Shown here: positions 21,595 to 35,218 of the stretch, piece by piece
How positions within the stretch are numbered: position 1 is the first letter of the stretch
Layout of the letters: the number at the start of each line of letters is the position of its first letter
Source: Selaginella moellendorffii
Taxonomy: Eukaryota; Plantae; Lycopodiophyta
NCBI RefSeq assembly: GCF_000143415.4
Contig: NW_003314391.1
Coordinates: forward strand, 310,001-374,000
Length of the DNA stretch: 64,000 bases
Direction: 5' to 3'
Made by a program: the position numbers and the translations under genes
The notes under the pieces: generated by a model
Seen by the model: only the letters and a program-made list of their open reading frames with translations
Databases searched by the model: none
Told to the model about the DNA's origin: nothing

Positions 21595-24500
21595 CGATCG
21601 CTCCCGATCGAATGTACGAAGAGAAGGTTGCCGCCCTCCTGCTCAGCGGTGGCGCCCAGCGCGCGATTATGAATCCATGGCGCAGCCAAATCCATTACGC
21701 TAGCAGTTGGATGGAGGCAGGGCGCGCTCGGCTGACTTCACGCAACGGGCAGTTCGTCCGTGAAGCGCCACCGTCTGGAATCTTTTCTATGAATTTTAGG
21801 GTTCCTCCTTTTGCGTTTGAGAGTGGATTCTCATGCCTTGTTCCAGAGCTTTGATGAATCTCTTCTTCTCTGGCCGCTAGAGCGGAGCAAGCCTTGAGGA
21901 ATCCTGGATTTGCCAACTGGTCTGAAGAAGCTATGTCAGTCTTCTCAGCCTGATATCTTTCCTTCGTTTTGATACTAAAACCGATGGAGCCGCTCCGACG
22001 AAAACATGAACTTGCGCAGACCAATGATCCGCTCGCTGAGCGTGGCACCTCTACGCTTTGGGAGGAGCATTTGATACTTGTATAGTACAGTAACTAGGGA
22101 TTTCATTGGTACACTTGGCCTCATGAAGGAAATTCGGGCTCCAAAAGCTTGACAATCTGAAAGCACATGTTCTTGTTTATTTTGCCGACATTTTCTTTCT
22201 TATGGTGAGGGATGTTCAATGTGTTTCTTTTTCCTGGTGAGATACTAGTTTTCTTGGCTCAGTGTAGGGGTGTCAGCACAAGAACTTTACAAGAAAAGGA
22301 TTTCGCACTGTACTTGCAGCTGTGCAGGAAGCATGCAATCCCCGTACAAGACGAAATAGCAAGATACGCTACTGTCAATGATTTCCAAGGTGAAATGGGA
22401 AGGTCTTGGAAGGTCCTCATCCACTTTTTCTATACCAGTTAGATGAGGGTAATGGCAGTGAGTAATGGTTGAGATAGGATTTTTAAAACATCCAAGCATG
22501 GACAAAGAGTTCAAGTGATCTGTGATGGTAAGCTAATAGAGTAGTTCATAATCCATGAGGGGTCTTAGAAATAGAAGCAATGACCAATGCAGGGCAAAAA
22601 AAAAACAATAATTTAGATGGTTTTTAAGGGTAGTGTTCATTATTTTGAGGTGATTGTGACACCAAGTTGGTTTTCTATATAACATCATCCATGGAATAAA
22701 AGTTGTCTTATGACATGTTTTCACCAACTTTTGAGTAAGAATATTGGTTTTGGACTAACCTTTTCAACATTTGAATGATAGACTGATATCATTAAAATGC
22801 AAACACACTTTAAACTTGCTTACATGGAATGTTGAATAAAATTTTAAACTAGCTAACAAGTCTAAAGTGTAAATAAAATCCCTTAAAAATTGTCTAAAGC
22901 CCACAACACTATAGGGACAATTAACAATTTAATAATATTAATTTGCCAATTGTCTCATTCTTGAGTTTGTCTTATGTTCAACTTTGCCAAATTCAAACAA
23001 TCACATATGTACTCTTGAACAACCAATTAAGTATCACTCAAACCTAAGAATGTTTAACTTTAAGTATTTTAAGATAATTGGAATAAAAAAGCACTTTTAT
23101 TGATGTCTTTTCCCTCTATATCATAGAATTAATTTTTCACCACTTTATAGTAATTAAGGTGGACAACCAAACTTCACATCTAGATTCATATTTGAAAGTG
23201 AATAAATTAACCTCTAAAATTCCTTATGTGTTCGGTGGGATTAAGATCTATTGTTTCTTGTTTTAAAATAATGAATATAATATATTAAATATAAATTTTT
23301 AAATTTAAACTTTCAAAAAATTCACCCAACTCAATATTATATAAACTCAAAGATGTTTAATTAAGATTTTTAACTAATTGAAAAAAAAGTGTAATCCTTT
23401 CCTTTTATATTGCCTAAAAGATCATCTTTTGAGTCATTATTTTTTACTACTTATAAAATAACAACATATTTCAATGTGTTCCAGCCATGCCATAAAAAGA
23501 AATTAGATATATTTACCGCAGGTACGAGCTCCAAAGGTAAATAACTCTCCTTAAATTGTTTGACAAACTGTTTAGCCAAAGAGCCTTGGTTTATGGAGAA
23601 AGAGGCCACTTGTTTCCTCCCATTTTCTCCTTGGCCTTGTTCCGGTTGAAGGCCCAGAATTGGACCAGGTCCATGGCACCCATCCTCGTTAGCACAGTAG
23701 AACCCACGCACAAAAACATAATCTCATGATACTTCTCACGCCCCATATATCTTCCAGGAATGCACGTTTGTGCCAGTCATCAGTAAGCTCACTGGAAGGC
23801 TACAAGCAGCACTACGAGACACTTGCGGACGTACCACTGCCTGTTTCACACTACCCTTGTAAAACCTTAGAAGACTCTTTAGTATACAGAAATCGAGATC
23901 TTTGGCAGTGTCCTGGACTAGACCGAACTTTCATGGATGTTTTTCTTGCAAGTTTCACGTAGATTGGGATGGCAGTGTGGAAATGCAAGATCTTAAAACC
24001 CAATACACCTTATATAAAAAACTGAAAGGAAAAACTATTGACCAAGCACAAAGATGCTTTACATCACCAACAACCTCATCTCTATGTACACTCATGCGGC
24101 AATGGCTGGAGGCCACCTAGCAGACAGTCTCATCAGGCATCATTGTCCCATGATCCCTGCAAGACAACAGCCATCTGGCGTCAAGAACAGCGAGAGCAGA
24201 ATACAATTGGAGGAATCGCGAGCTGCAATTCAGCGTCTCCTACAGGATCTAGAACGGCTCACAGGTAACCTCGAGGAAAGACAAGGAAAGAAATCACTGA
24301 CAAAAGAGACTGCGGAAGCTGCTCCTAAAGAGGAAGATGCTGCAGACGAAGAGAACGAGGACGATCTTCTGGGATTAAGGAGAGAGCAGCTGCTACGATG
24401 CCTGAGCTTGCAAACGTGGTGGCGCCAGTAGGAACCCGTACTGCGATCAAATTTTGGTACGCGGACCGCCTCAACTACTCGCTTGACAATTTGCCGTCCA

Positions 24501-24754
24501 AGGAGCAGGTTCTGCTCGTGCATTGCGATGGATGATCCTGCTGAAGAGCTGCCTTTTGAGATCAACTGGACGCCGAGGTACTACAGGTGTGAAAGGTTGG
24601 AATGAAATGCCCTTTATAAGGCAATACGCTTCTGCTTTTGATGCATTGAACCATGGGCATAATAGCTTGACAAGATTTCTCTGCGTCTGGAAGGCATGAG
24701 TTTCTTAGTTTCAAGCCGGAGAGAATTCTCGGAAAGAGAAGAAAACGTGAACAC

Positions 24755-24860
24755 CTGTACCATGACATCGCAATCGTGGAACAGCTGGAGCCAATCGCAG
24801 CGGTTCTTACCAAGAGACTGCGAGGGCCGAGGAGGGAAAGCAGAGATCGCTCCTGATTTC
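24755..24860 (-). pseudogene. Peroxidase exon-1 fragment
   Basis: CCATGACATCGCAATCGTGGAA is identical to the sequence at ~21339-21360 (FHDCDVM); flanks are unrelated. Confidence 0.6.
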
Positions 24861-25282
24861 CCAGCCAAAATAGTTAGTATCGCTCCTGATTAGCCAGTAT
24901 AGCCTTCTAGTTTCGACACTCAGATAGTTGAGCTCCGAGCAGGGAAGGACGTTTTGCAGCGTGGAGCAGCAGCGATGAACTTCGTAGTTTTGTACAAGCA
25001 GCAGCAGTGGAACTCTTCTCGTCATCTTCGCGGGTTACTACTGCCTTAGAAGACGCCACATTTAAAACAAGACAAAGAAAAACAACATGAGAATCTCGAA
25101 TGCAGCAGCTGCAGCACAAAATGTTCGAGATCCACCTTGTCGAACAGCGATCCCAATTTAAAAGCTGGAAGGAGCGGCTGACTGATAACAATGATGAACA
25201 AGTTTTCACGAGAAGAGTTCCCTAACTTGGCACATAGAAAGGACCGCTAAAACCGTGCGCAATACAAACTGCCCATCATCCC

Positions 25283-26557
25283 TTATGCGGCACCTTCCCT
25301 CTTCATCTTCCTCGTCGTCCTCGTCGTCCTCCTCGTCCTCCTCGTCATCTTGTGGTGCCTAAAAGAAAACAAAGAGTCTGTAGAACGCACTTTTCGAGAG
25401 TAACTTACCTCCTCCTCCCACGGTAGATGCACCTGGCTCTTCCTGATCTTGGCATACGCAGTTTCACCATGATCATCGTCCTCGACGAACAAAAAGTTCT
25501 GGATGAGCTGCAGGATGTTGAGACACTCGTCGAAGCTCTGGTATGGAGCGCTGAGCTTGTCGACCACCATGCGAAACAGCCAGTTCTCACCGCAGTTGAG
25601 CCTCTCCAGGACGATCCTCTTGACAGCGGGCGAGTACGCAATGGCCAGCTCGATCCAGGGCTCTGGAATCTGGAGACGTCGCAGCCAGTTCTTGGGGATC
25701 TCCCCCATCTACACAATGACACGACAACAAACAATGGAGGCTTCCAAAGTGAATCCAAAAAAGCTTACCTTCCAGGTACCCGAGTTTAGAACATGGCAGG
25801 AGCTGACCGAGAAAGTCCCGGCATCCAAGTCGATGATGTAGACGTACTCCATCATGAGATCAAGCTCCGGCTGCTCCATCACGGGCTCTCGATTTGACAC
25901 GAACACGCCGAGCTCGAGCAAGCGAAACCAGAGTCGCTCGTGGGACTCGATGTTCCGGCACAGGAACGCCCATCCGTTTCCTCCTCCCAGTTTCTTCTCG
26001 GCCTCGTTCCGGATGAAGGCCCGGAACTGGACCGGGTCGTCAAGAATGGCAGCCATGGTCGCTATCACAGCATCACCCACGCTCCTGATGGAGTGATACT
26101 GCATCCGCCCCATATCTTCCAGGTATTCTCGTTTGCGCCGGTCATCACCACCAAGCGTGTAGTCGCGGACAGCGTCGATGATCGCGTCCGAGGGTTGATG
26201 CTCGCTTCTCTCTTTACCTCCGCACTGTCGAGCAAGAGTTAGACGGGAAGCAGAAAAGATGAAAGCTTGAGCCTGATCAGAGAGAGGAAGAAAGATGAGA
26301 GCTTGAGCCTGATCAAAGAGAGGAAGAAAGATGAGAGCTTGAGCCTGATCAGAGAGAGGAAGAAAGTTGAGAGAGGGGAGAGAGATCACCTGGATGAAGA
26401 CGGCCTTGTCGAGCAGGCGCCTCCACTCTTCCGGGTCCGGATGATCCGCGAGCAGCGCTACGAGACGCTCGCCGACGTACTCGAGCTGCCCCCACTGCTT
26501 GTAGAGAAGATAGTAGACGCCTTTGTAACGGTACGAGATCCACGCTCGCATCCCCAT
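25283..26557 (-). CDS. Hypothetical multi-exon protein of unknown function
   Basis: ATG 26557. GT-AG bounded exons at ~26557-26390, 26224-25769, 25709-25407 and 25358-25283. Motifs MGMRAWISYRYKGVYYLLY and MEYVYIIDLD. Confidence 0.55.
26258..26368. repeat. 36-bp tandem repeat x3 in intron
   Basis: GATGAGAGCTTGAGCCTGATCAGAGAGAGGAAGAAA repeated. Confidence 0.85.
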
Positions 26558-27089
26558 GGCCAGACACCCTTCTAACTTCTAAGACCCTAGAAGTATACCA
26601 TCTCGTACTTGATCAAGCAACTACAATCACACTTCGATCTTTTTTTTTAGGCACCAGCAGGAAAATGGCAAGCTCGGATTTGGACGGGGAATAAAGATCT
26701 CGAACTTTCACTAAGTTCTCGGTCTAAGTTCGTAAGATTTTTCTCTTTCTCGACGAGAGGTACTCAGGAGATGAAAAACACTATGAATTGATCATGAGCA
26801 CGCCCCTGTAAATTCACAAACGTAGGCACAAAACTTTAGAACAGGCAGAAAACCTTAGAACACAAAGTTTAGAACTCGCACAGAGGAAAATGGAAAAAGC
26901 TTCGAACCTCCTTAGTGAAGCAACAAATTTCTCATATGCTTCCTCTCATCCAGCTCCTACTCCACAGCCTTCAACACAACCGGAAGAACTGTGAGCTCAC
27001 AAAGCGAAAAGCTGTCACATTATAATTATAGTGTGACAACACAAACAGCTGCTGCTGCTGTTAAACGTTGTGGTGGCTTACCCGCCATC

Positions 27090-27300
27090 ACTCTGGTTGC
27101 GGTTCTCCAGGCGCTCGCTTGACCGCCATTCCAAAGGCAAGGCTCGAAGCGAAGTTCCCAGTCACCACCTCCAGCTCCTTGGATGAATACTTTTGAGCCG
27201 AGCCTTTCAGTGCCAGAGCGAAAGCACGCTCAACTTTGTCAAGCCTGTGCTTCCAGATCATCAGCATGACCAAGCCGAGCGAATGCTCTGCGACCACCCT
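27090..27300 (-). pseudogene. Receptor-like kinase juxtamembrane fragment
   Basis: Hydrophobic stretch followed by AQKYSSKELEVVTGNFAS, resembling the PRKFSYKEL..AT.NFS motif of lectin RLKs. Confidence 0.4.
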
Positions 27301-27419
27301 GACCAGAGTGGAGAGACATGACCCTGTACAGCAACATCAACCTGACAACGCCGCTGAAGCTCTGGTGGCTGCTGCTTACTCCCGCAGGCCACCAGCGCGG
27401 ATATGACTTGCTCGGAACC

Positions 27420-28410
27420 TGCCTTGGAAATAGTCACGGATTTAAATCGGCACTTGAAAGAAGGCATAGCCCTTACTTCGTTGATATCTTGAGCCTTCGG
27501 CTATTGTATCCAGGCCTTGATCCTAACCACAAATTCACTGTTAGACAATAGAAAAGAATAAAAGCAAAGTGTCAGTCAACTTTACCTGTCTAGCTGAGTA
27601 GTAAAAGCTGAGTCCAGCTGATCCAGCTATGCTCAATCGGGATAAGCAGAAGCTGACAAAAAATACCTCAGTGAAAAGCAATGCTAATGAGTTACTTGTC
27701 ACCATTGACAAGCTGGGACAGCTGAAACCTGGAGTATCAGCATAGCCCCTCTAAATGGCAGATGCAAGAGACAAACGTGCCGCATCGTGTGTTGTCCGGA
27801 TCCAGTTCAATACGACACCTCATTTACGCGAATGACTTCATCGTCAACTTCGTCTAGTGCCTGTACACGCGACAATTGAAGTTAGTATCAGGTTCCGACT
27901 CCACTTGGTCTGATGTTTTATCTTCGAGGAGATGAAGCCCCATACCAGTCTCTACACTGCATATGTATGGTTTATATCCCCACTCAGATATCTTTCACCT
28001 GAAAACTAAAAATGAACCTTCTATCAGCTTTGCAGAAACGAAAAGAAAGAAATAAACGGGTACCTCCTGAGTAACAAGACCCGCCTTGTTGAGCACCACT
28101 GCGAGAGGTATTCCAGTCGATTCGGCTTCACTAAGAACCTATTCAGTATCACAGGATCCAAGCGCGGCCTATTGAGTGAGAGTTCCCGAGATTAAAACAC
28201 TATCAGACTCTTCTCCTGATCTTCTTGAGAAGTGCTCTCACCACGCAAAGAAGCTTAATCCCTGTTCTAAATCCCTGCGCCGACGTTGCCTGCCCGACTG
28301 CTCGATCCTCAGTTGAAAGATTGTCGAATCGCTGCACATCGGGCAATGTCGTTACATCACGCACCTAGACACTTGCTTGGAATCACCCCGCCGCAGCCGA
28401 TCGTGGAGCT
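27420..28410 (-). pseudogene. RsgA/EngC-type ribosome-biogenesis GTPase relic (introns retained, frameshifted)
   Basis: EAESTGIPLAVVLNK, EWGYKPYICSVETGMG, GQHTMRHV, ADTPGFS fragments. Confidence 0.75.
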
Positions 28411-28565
28411 GCTTCCTGGCTGGGCCGTGCGCATTCCTCCTGCCTCATGGCACCATCGGCAGCCGCGTGTCACGAAGCCCAACGAACACCAAGAACCCTA
28501 AAAACTATTTTCGCGGGATTGGTGCCCTAAAAATCAAAGTTTTAGGGTTTTGGAGGGAGAGAAAT

Positions 28566-29360
28566 ATGAAATGAGTTGTCATCGAGGCTCAGGTGAGTTC
28601 TTCGATTCCAATCGAGCAATCGATCGATTGACAATCGGCGCAGCACGTAGAATCTCTGGATGTGCTGCTGTAAGGCCTGTGGGAGGGACAGCGCGAGGGT
28701 CTCAAAACCCACGAAATATGCCTCAAGAGTAATCCGATTTCCTTTCTTTCGCGGATTTTAGAGCTTTGGAATCTCTTGAAACAGGCACCGTGGCTTCGGA
28801 GCTCAATCTACTGTGTGATCTCTCCAAGTGACCTCACATTTGGTATGTTGTTCTTTCTCCGTGCAAGAAGTAAGAAGTAGACGTTACTCATTCTCAGTTT
28901 CTTTGTTTTCTTCCTTCCTCGAGGACTATGAAGCACATAGGAGGAGCAATGAGAGGCACTGGTGCCGAGCAGCTGCCCGCCTTGGTACGCAACATTGTGG
29001 AGTCCAAGATGAGCAACAATGCTCTTCGTTTCTTCTACGCCGTCGGCTACAAGATGGACTACGAGCTTCTCCGCGATGGTTTTGCGTACCACTTCCAGAG
29101 AGCCTTTCCGATCACGGTCACAGTAACTTCAGTGTGTAGGCTTCCCAAGCAGCACTCGATCGACGAAGCGACACCAGTCACGCCAAACATTCAGCTTGTC
29201 GAGGTTACGGCTCCCACCACCGCTGACAACTTTAGCGATGTTGTCCTGGCAATCTCCCGTAAGCTTTCATTTCTTCGTTTCCTTTTCCTTTTTTTTTGGT
29301 TTTGTCATCGCTGACGAACTTATCCAGGCTTGTAAATTTGTCCAAGGCTTGAGCATCGCG
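28566..29360 (+). pseudogene. MED18: Mediator subunit 18 homolog, probably pseudogenised
   Basis: HVESLDVLL*GL...REGLKTHEICLKS has an in-frame TAA; KHIGGAMRGTGAEQLPALVR...FFYAVGYKMDYELLRDGFAYHF...IQLVEVTAP. Confidence 0.75.
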
Positions 29361-29692
29361 TTTGAATCATTGCAAAGATATTTGGTTATTATAACGCACT
29401 TTTAACTTTCCTCTTAGAACAGGGCATACATACATACACACATACACCTAGCTATTTAAGTAAGGCATCCGAGCGTCGCAAGGTAATTTGTGGTGTTCTT
29501 TCCCTTCTTTATGCAACAGGATCGGTTTGTTTTTATGATGGAACAGGTAGCTCTTGAGAGAAATTCGATGTTCTAAATTCTTGCCTTTTTGGTTCCCATT
29601 TTCAATCAAGGTGAGTCTTGAATTTCTCTCAGTTCAATAACTGATATGTAAAATACAGGGAAAGCGTTTTTACCCTTTGAGACGATTGCTTG

Positions 29693-30134
29693 TTACACTT
29701 CGTACAGGTCTTGAACGATCGTCTTCATCTTTTTGCTGCCCCGGGGCCTCTCGATCGGCTTGTCCATCTTCTTGTCATACTGGGCACGAAACTCGTTATT
29801 CGAGCTCCACCTGAACGAAGAATGGTAAGAAAACAAAAGAAACGAAAAGGAGAAACGGAGAAACTTACGGTGTGTCCCATCGGCTTGTGTCCTCGTTGAC
29901 GAGATGCGTCCACTTGACGCGGCCACGCCGGCCAAAACCCTTGACCTGCATCACCTTGGGCAGTAACTTCTTGTCCAGCTTGTCCTCACCAGTCGGCTCT
30001 GAAAAGTCCCTCTTGTAGATGGGCTCATTGTCCGACTGGAAGAAAGGTCCCTTCTTGTAGTCCCTTTGCAAAAACTTCCTCTTTGGAGCCGCCACCTCCC
30101 TTGCGCTATCGTCTTCTTTCTTGCGCTCTTCCAT
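29693..30134 (-). pseudogene. MFAP1: MFAP1 (splicing factor) C-terminal fragment
   Basis: [56 protein letters not shown]; N-terminal region absent. Confidence 0.75.
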
Positions 30135-30171
30135 CTTTCTTCTCCCACAAAACCCTAAGGTGTACCCTTAA

Positions 30172-30555
<384 letters not shown>

Positions 30556-30699
30556 CTTCCCTTTGTGATCCCAAGCGAGGGGATAGTCATCCTTGGACAA
30601 CCACCACAGATCTTAATCTCCACAAATTGACCAAAACACTACATTTACCCAAGTGGAATACAGCCCACAACTTTTGTTGCCCTCCCTGCCAAGAAAACC

Positions 30700-32257
30700 A
30701 TGGCTTCCAGCAAGGTCCATGTCTTGGCGTTTCCAGCGCCCGCGCAAGGCCATATCTCCCCAATGATCCATCTCTGCAAGTTAATCGCTCAAGACCCAAG
30801 CTTCACAATCTCCTGGGTCAATATCGACAGCCTCCACGACGAATTCATGAAGCACTGGGTGGCGCCGGCGGGGCTGGAAGATCTGCGCCTCCATTCCATC
30901 CCATTCTCGTGGAAGCTCCCGCAAGGAATCGACGCCCATGCTTTGGGAAATATTGCGGACTGGTCCACGGCAGCTGCGCGAGAGCTCCCCGGAGGCCTCG
31001 AGGATTTGATCCGCAAGCTCGGCGAGGAGGGCGATCCGGTCAGTTGTATCGTCTCGGATTACGGTTGCGTTTGGACCCAGGACGTGGCAGATGTATTTGG
31101 AATCCCCAGTGTCACTCTTTGGTCGGGCAACGCGGCATGGACGAGCTTGGAGTATCACATTCCACAGCTTCTGGAGAAAGATCACATTTTTCCTAGCAGA
31201 GGTATGAATCTCCGTTCTTCCCCTGTTCTTCCCTTGGACTTCCAAATTTCCCCTGTTCTTCCCTTTGGAATTAACATTTCCTCTGTTCTTTCCTTTCCTA
31301 TGTTCAAATTTCTGAGATTCGCACGCAGGGAGAGCTTCTGCGGACGAGGCCAATTCCGTGATCATCGATTACGTCCGAGGAGTCAAGCCTCTCCGCCTGG
31401 CCGATGTGCCTGATTACCTGCTGGCCTCTGAGGGCCAGGAGGCGTGGAAGGAGATTTGCATCAAGCGCTCTCCAGCCGTGAAGCGCGCGCGATGGGTCCT
31501 CGTCAATTCCTTCTACGACCTCGAGGCGCACACCTTCGATTTCATGGCCAGCGAGCTCGGGCCTCGATTCATCCCCGCGGGGCCACTGTTCTTGCTCGAC
31601 GATTCCAGGAAGAATGTGGTGCTTCGCCCCGAGAACGAGGATTGCCTTCGCTGGATGGATACGCAGGAGCCTGGATCGGTGCTCTACATCTCGTTTGGCA
31701 GCATCGCGGTGCTGAGCGTGGAGCAATTCGAGGAGCTCGTGGGAGCTCTCGAGGCATCAAAGAAGCCATTCTTGTGGGTGATTCGATCCGAGCTCGTGGT
31801 CGGCGGACTCTCCACCGAATCTTACAATGGATTTTACGAGAGGACCAAGAACCAGGGATTCATCGTTTCCTGGGCGCCACAGCTGAGAGTTCTCGCCCAT
31901 CCCTCCATGGGAGCGTTTCTCACTCACTGCGGATGGAATTCTGTCCAGGAGAGCATAGCGAATGGCATTCCAATGCTGGGGTGGCCTTGCGGGGGCGACC
32001 AAATCACCAACTCTAAGTTCATCGTGGAGGACTGGAAGATCGGGGTTAGATTCTCCAAGACAGTGGTGCAGGGATTGATCGGGCGAGAAGAGATCGAAGA
32101 TGGCATAAAAAAGGTGATGGATAGCGACGAGGGGAAGAAGATGAAGGAGAGAGTGGAGAACTTGAAGATCCTTGCAAGAAAAGCTATGGACAAAGAGCAT
32201 GGGAAATCGTTTCGTGGCCTCCAAGCATTCTTGGAAGATCTCAAAGCTTTGAGCTAA
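30700..32257 (+). CDS. UDP-glycosyltransferase (GT1); exons 30700-31201, 31330-32257
   Basis: HVLAFPAPAQGHISPM, VSCIVSD, VLYISFGS, PSPG box WAPQLRVLAHPSMGAFLTHCGWNSVQESIANGIPMLGWPCGGDQ. Confidence 0.93.
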
Positions 32258-32384
32258 AGCAGTGAAATCCAGTTTCTAGCATGGAGTGCTAGAGATCTAC
32301 ATGCCCATTAGCCCAGACAGGATTGGAAAAGATTTGGGCTCGTTTGCTACGTGGATGCGCCACTCTTAACGGATCTACTCGCGG

Positions 32385-32640
32385 ATGATGCAGGCTTATG
32401 GCGAGATTGGCGATCTAGAACTCTCCCTGTTTCGGAAGATGCCACAGTGGAACCTCTTGTGGAATACCATGCTCACGGCCTATGCGGAGAATGGTCGCGT
32501 GGAGGACGCGAAACGAATGTTTTACGCTGTTCCTGTGGAGAACACAGTCTCGTGGAACTCCATGCTCCAAGCTTACTTTCTTGCTGGTTCCACAAGATGC
32601 CTTGCAAAGACGTGATCTCCTGGAACGTTAACACGCTATG
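32385..32640 (+). pseudogene. PPR gene fragment
   Basis: MMQAYGEIGDL...WNTMLTAYAENGRVEDAKRMF...VSWNSMLQAY, then frameshifted. Confidence 0.7.
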
Positions 32641-32939
32641 CGTGGCCGCAAGCAGAGAGAGCAACCACGAAAGCTATGGCATCGAAAGCTATGGCATCAG
32701 CTGAGATGACGATGTTCCATGATATCTCGCCATCTTGTCAAACACTTCCAAAGCTTGAACCATTGAGAATGCTCTGGTGAGGAATCTAGTGGAAGATTGA
32801 CGTTGCCTCTTTCAGCTGGCTGATCTGGATGTAAGATGCGAGCATCATCGACCACGTCACAGCATTTGGTTCTGGATGTTTGCTCCAATCTCTTTCCATC
32901 TTCAAGGAATCCTTTGTGACTAAATCTTTGGACCACCGA

Positions 32940-33602
32940 TGTTAAGCACCAGGTCAGGATAATAAGATAAAGAAAGGGCTTTACAATTAAGTGATCACCC
33001 CTTTAGTTAGTTGGCCTAGGGTGTAAGGGATAGGATCCTAACATTGGTATCGGAGCCTAGTTCAATTCTTGTGGCTGATGAGTGGGGCAGAATATTCTGA
33101 AGGAATATTTAACATGGTGGATCTAGAGGGAGAACCAAGGTTTGGTAGACCCTAAAAGAAGGACCATGGTGATCAGATGGTGGCCTAAGTATGATCGCGG
33201 ACGATCATTCCCTGACAAGGGGGAAGATTGTTAGGCACCAGATCAGGATAATAGGATAAAGAAAGGGCCCTACAATTAAGTAGACCCTAAGAGAAGGACC
33301 ATGGTGACCGGATGGTGGCCTAAGTATGATCGCGGACGATCATTCCCTGACAAGGGGGAAGATTGTTAGGCACCAGATCAGGATAATAGGATAAAGAAAG
33401 GGCCCTACAATTAAGTAAACCCTAAGAGAAGGACCATAGTGACTGGATGGTGGCCTAAGTATGATCGCGGACAATCATTCCCTGACGAGGGGGAAGATTG
33501 TTAAGCACCAGATCAGGATAATAGGATAAGGAAAGGGCCCTACAAGTAAGTGATCACCCCTTTAGCCAGTTGGCTTAGGGTGTAAGGGATAGGATCCTAA
33601 CA
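32940..33602 (+). mobile_element. TRIM (terminal-repeat retrotransposon in miniature) with internal 135-bp tandem duplications
   Basis: 104-bp LTRs 32940-33043 and 33499-33602 (TGTTA...TAACA), PBS TGGTATCGGAGC at 33045, PPT GAGGGGGAAGA, 5-bp TSD ACCGA (32935-32939 / 33603-33607). Confidence 0.92.
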
Positions 33603-35218
33603 ACCGAGTTCCAGCTTGTCACATTTTCTGAAAAACCATTCTTGTGCATATTCCATTGTGGTGTTTTGAAAAAAATATTGTTTAAGATGTGCTTAATATA
33701 GATTTTGAATATCCACATCCATAAAGTGGAAAGAGGTATCCATTTATGTGAAAGTATGGAATACAAGGCACATAACTTCTAGAAAATTGACTTTCTAGAG
33801 ATTTTCATAATATTAAACGTTAATATGTATTTTGCTAAAATTTTTGAGGCTCTTTATATCAAAACACCCCATTATTTTTGGCCAAAACTCTATCTATCTA
33901 TCTATCCATCTATATATATAAATAAAGCTAAACATTTTTGGGCTGTCAGTTCTAGCCAATTCAGCATATTGCAAGCTTGTATTATATGGATTCTACATTC
34001 ACACTTTAATATGTGGGGCAACTCATGATATAGTCACTTGTGAGCTGTCAACCATGAAATAAACACATGCAATTTTCAACACATATGCATAGGCTGTACG
34101 CAGATTTGGGTGGCCTAAATGCATTAGGAGTGACAATGCTCCTGAACATAATGTAGTAGAGGACAATATGGAACATTGTCGGGGTCCTTAGGACAGGAGT
34201 TTTATTAGTGGGACGTCAACAAGAAACCAGGCTTGCCTCTAATATTTTCTTGCACATGTTCATCACTATTAACCTCCCTGCCTTGCAACACATCAAACAC
34301 TTGTGGCATGGATTATACAAGTGCAAGATGTGGTTCTACAAACACCTATTTGAGTATATGGAGGATATTGGCATCTTGGTGTTCCCAATACATGGCACAA
34401 GTAGAGTTTGTGATGTGTTTTTGTGCTGTATCTTGCCAAAGACATATCTCACTAGGCTGCTACATGGAATTTACACAAGGTACATTCATATTGGTGTGGT
34501 AAGTTCTTCAGGCCATCTCATGTACTAACAAACTAGTTTTAGCCTTTGGAGCACAAGCTTGGGTAAGCCTTCCTTTTGGAGATGATATGCATAAACATTC
34601 ACACCACTTCTAGAATTGTTCAGCCACTGTCTTCAAGGGATATAAAAGATATGCTAGGTTCAATGTTTATGAATGTTGAAGGTGCAACACTCCCTCAAGT
34701 ATTAATTCCCTTTTTTCTATCAACCAAAGCATGCTTAATGTTTTAGGAACTTGTTGTTGTGAGGAATTGGTCTTTTCTAATGTATCAACAAAACCTTAAT
34801 CTTGATTAGTAATATCTCATTCACTTGGATTTGTCTATAAAATATGCAATAGCTAATGTTGAAGGTGTGGCTCTTCTAGTTTATATTGACATTGCTCTTC
34901 CTTTTGAAACACTAGTCAAGAGGTGAGTGCTCAAGAAATTGCAACTATTGTTGTTTTAAGCTAACTAACAGTTGGCTAACTCTTTTTATTAATAAAAGTT
35001 CTTTGTTCCCTTGTTGTCTACCACATGGCCCTTGTCCTGGGTTTACCAATCAAATTGAATTTGCACCAGTAACAATTTAATACATCTTGAAATTGTGATT
35101 GATTGCGGCAATTATTAGGATATGGTTAAAAATGTTCATGTTTTTCTAGGGTTTGAACTATCATGTGTTTGTTTCATTTTTGTGGAGGAAGTAGAGCTTT
35201 GATCTTTCATATTTTACT

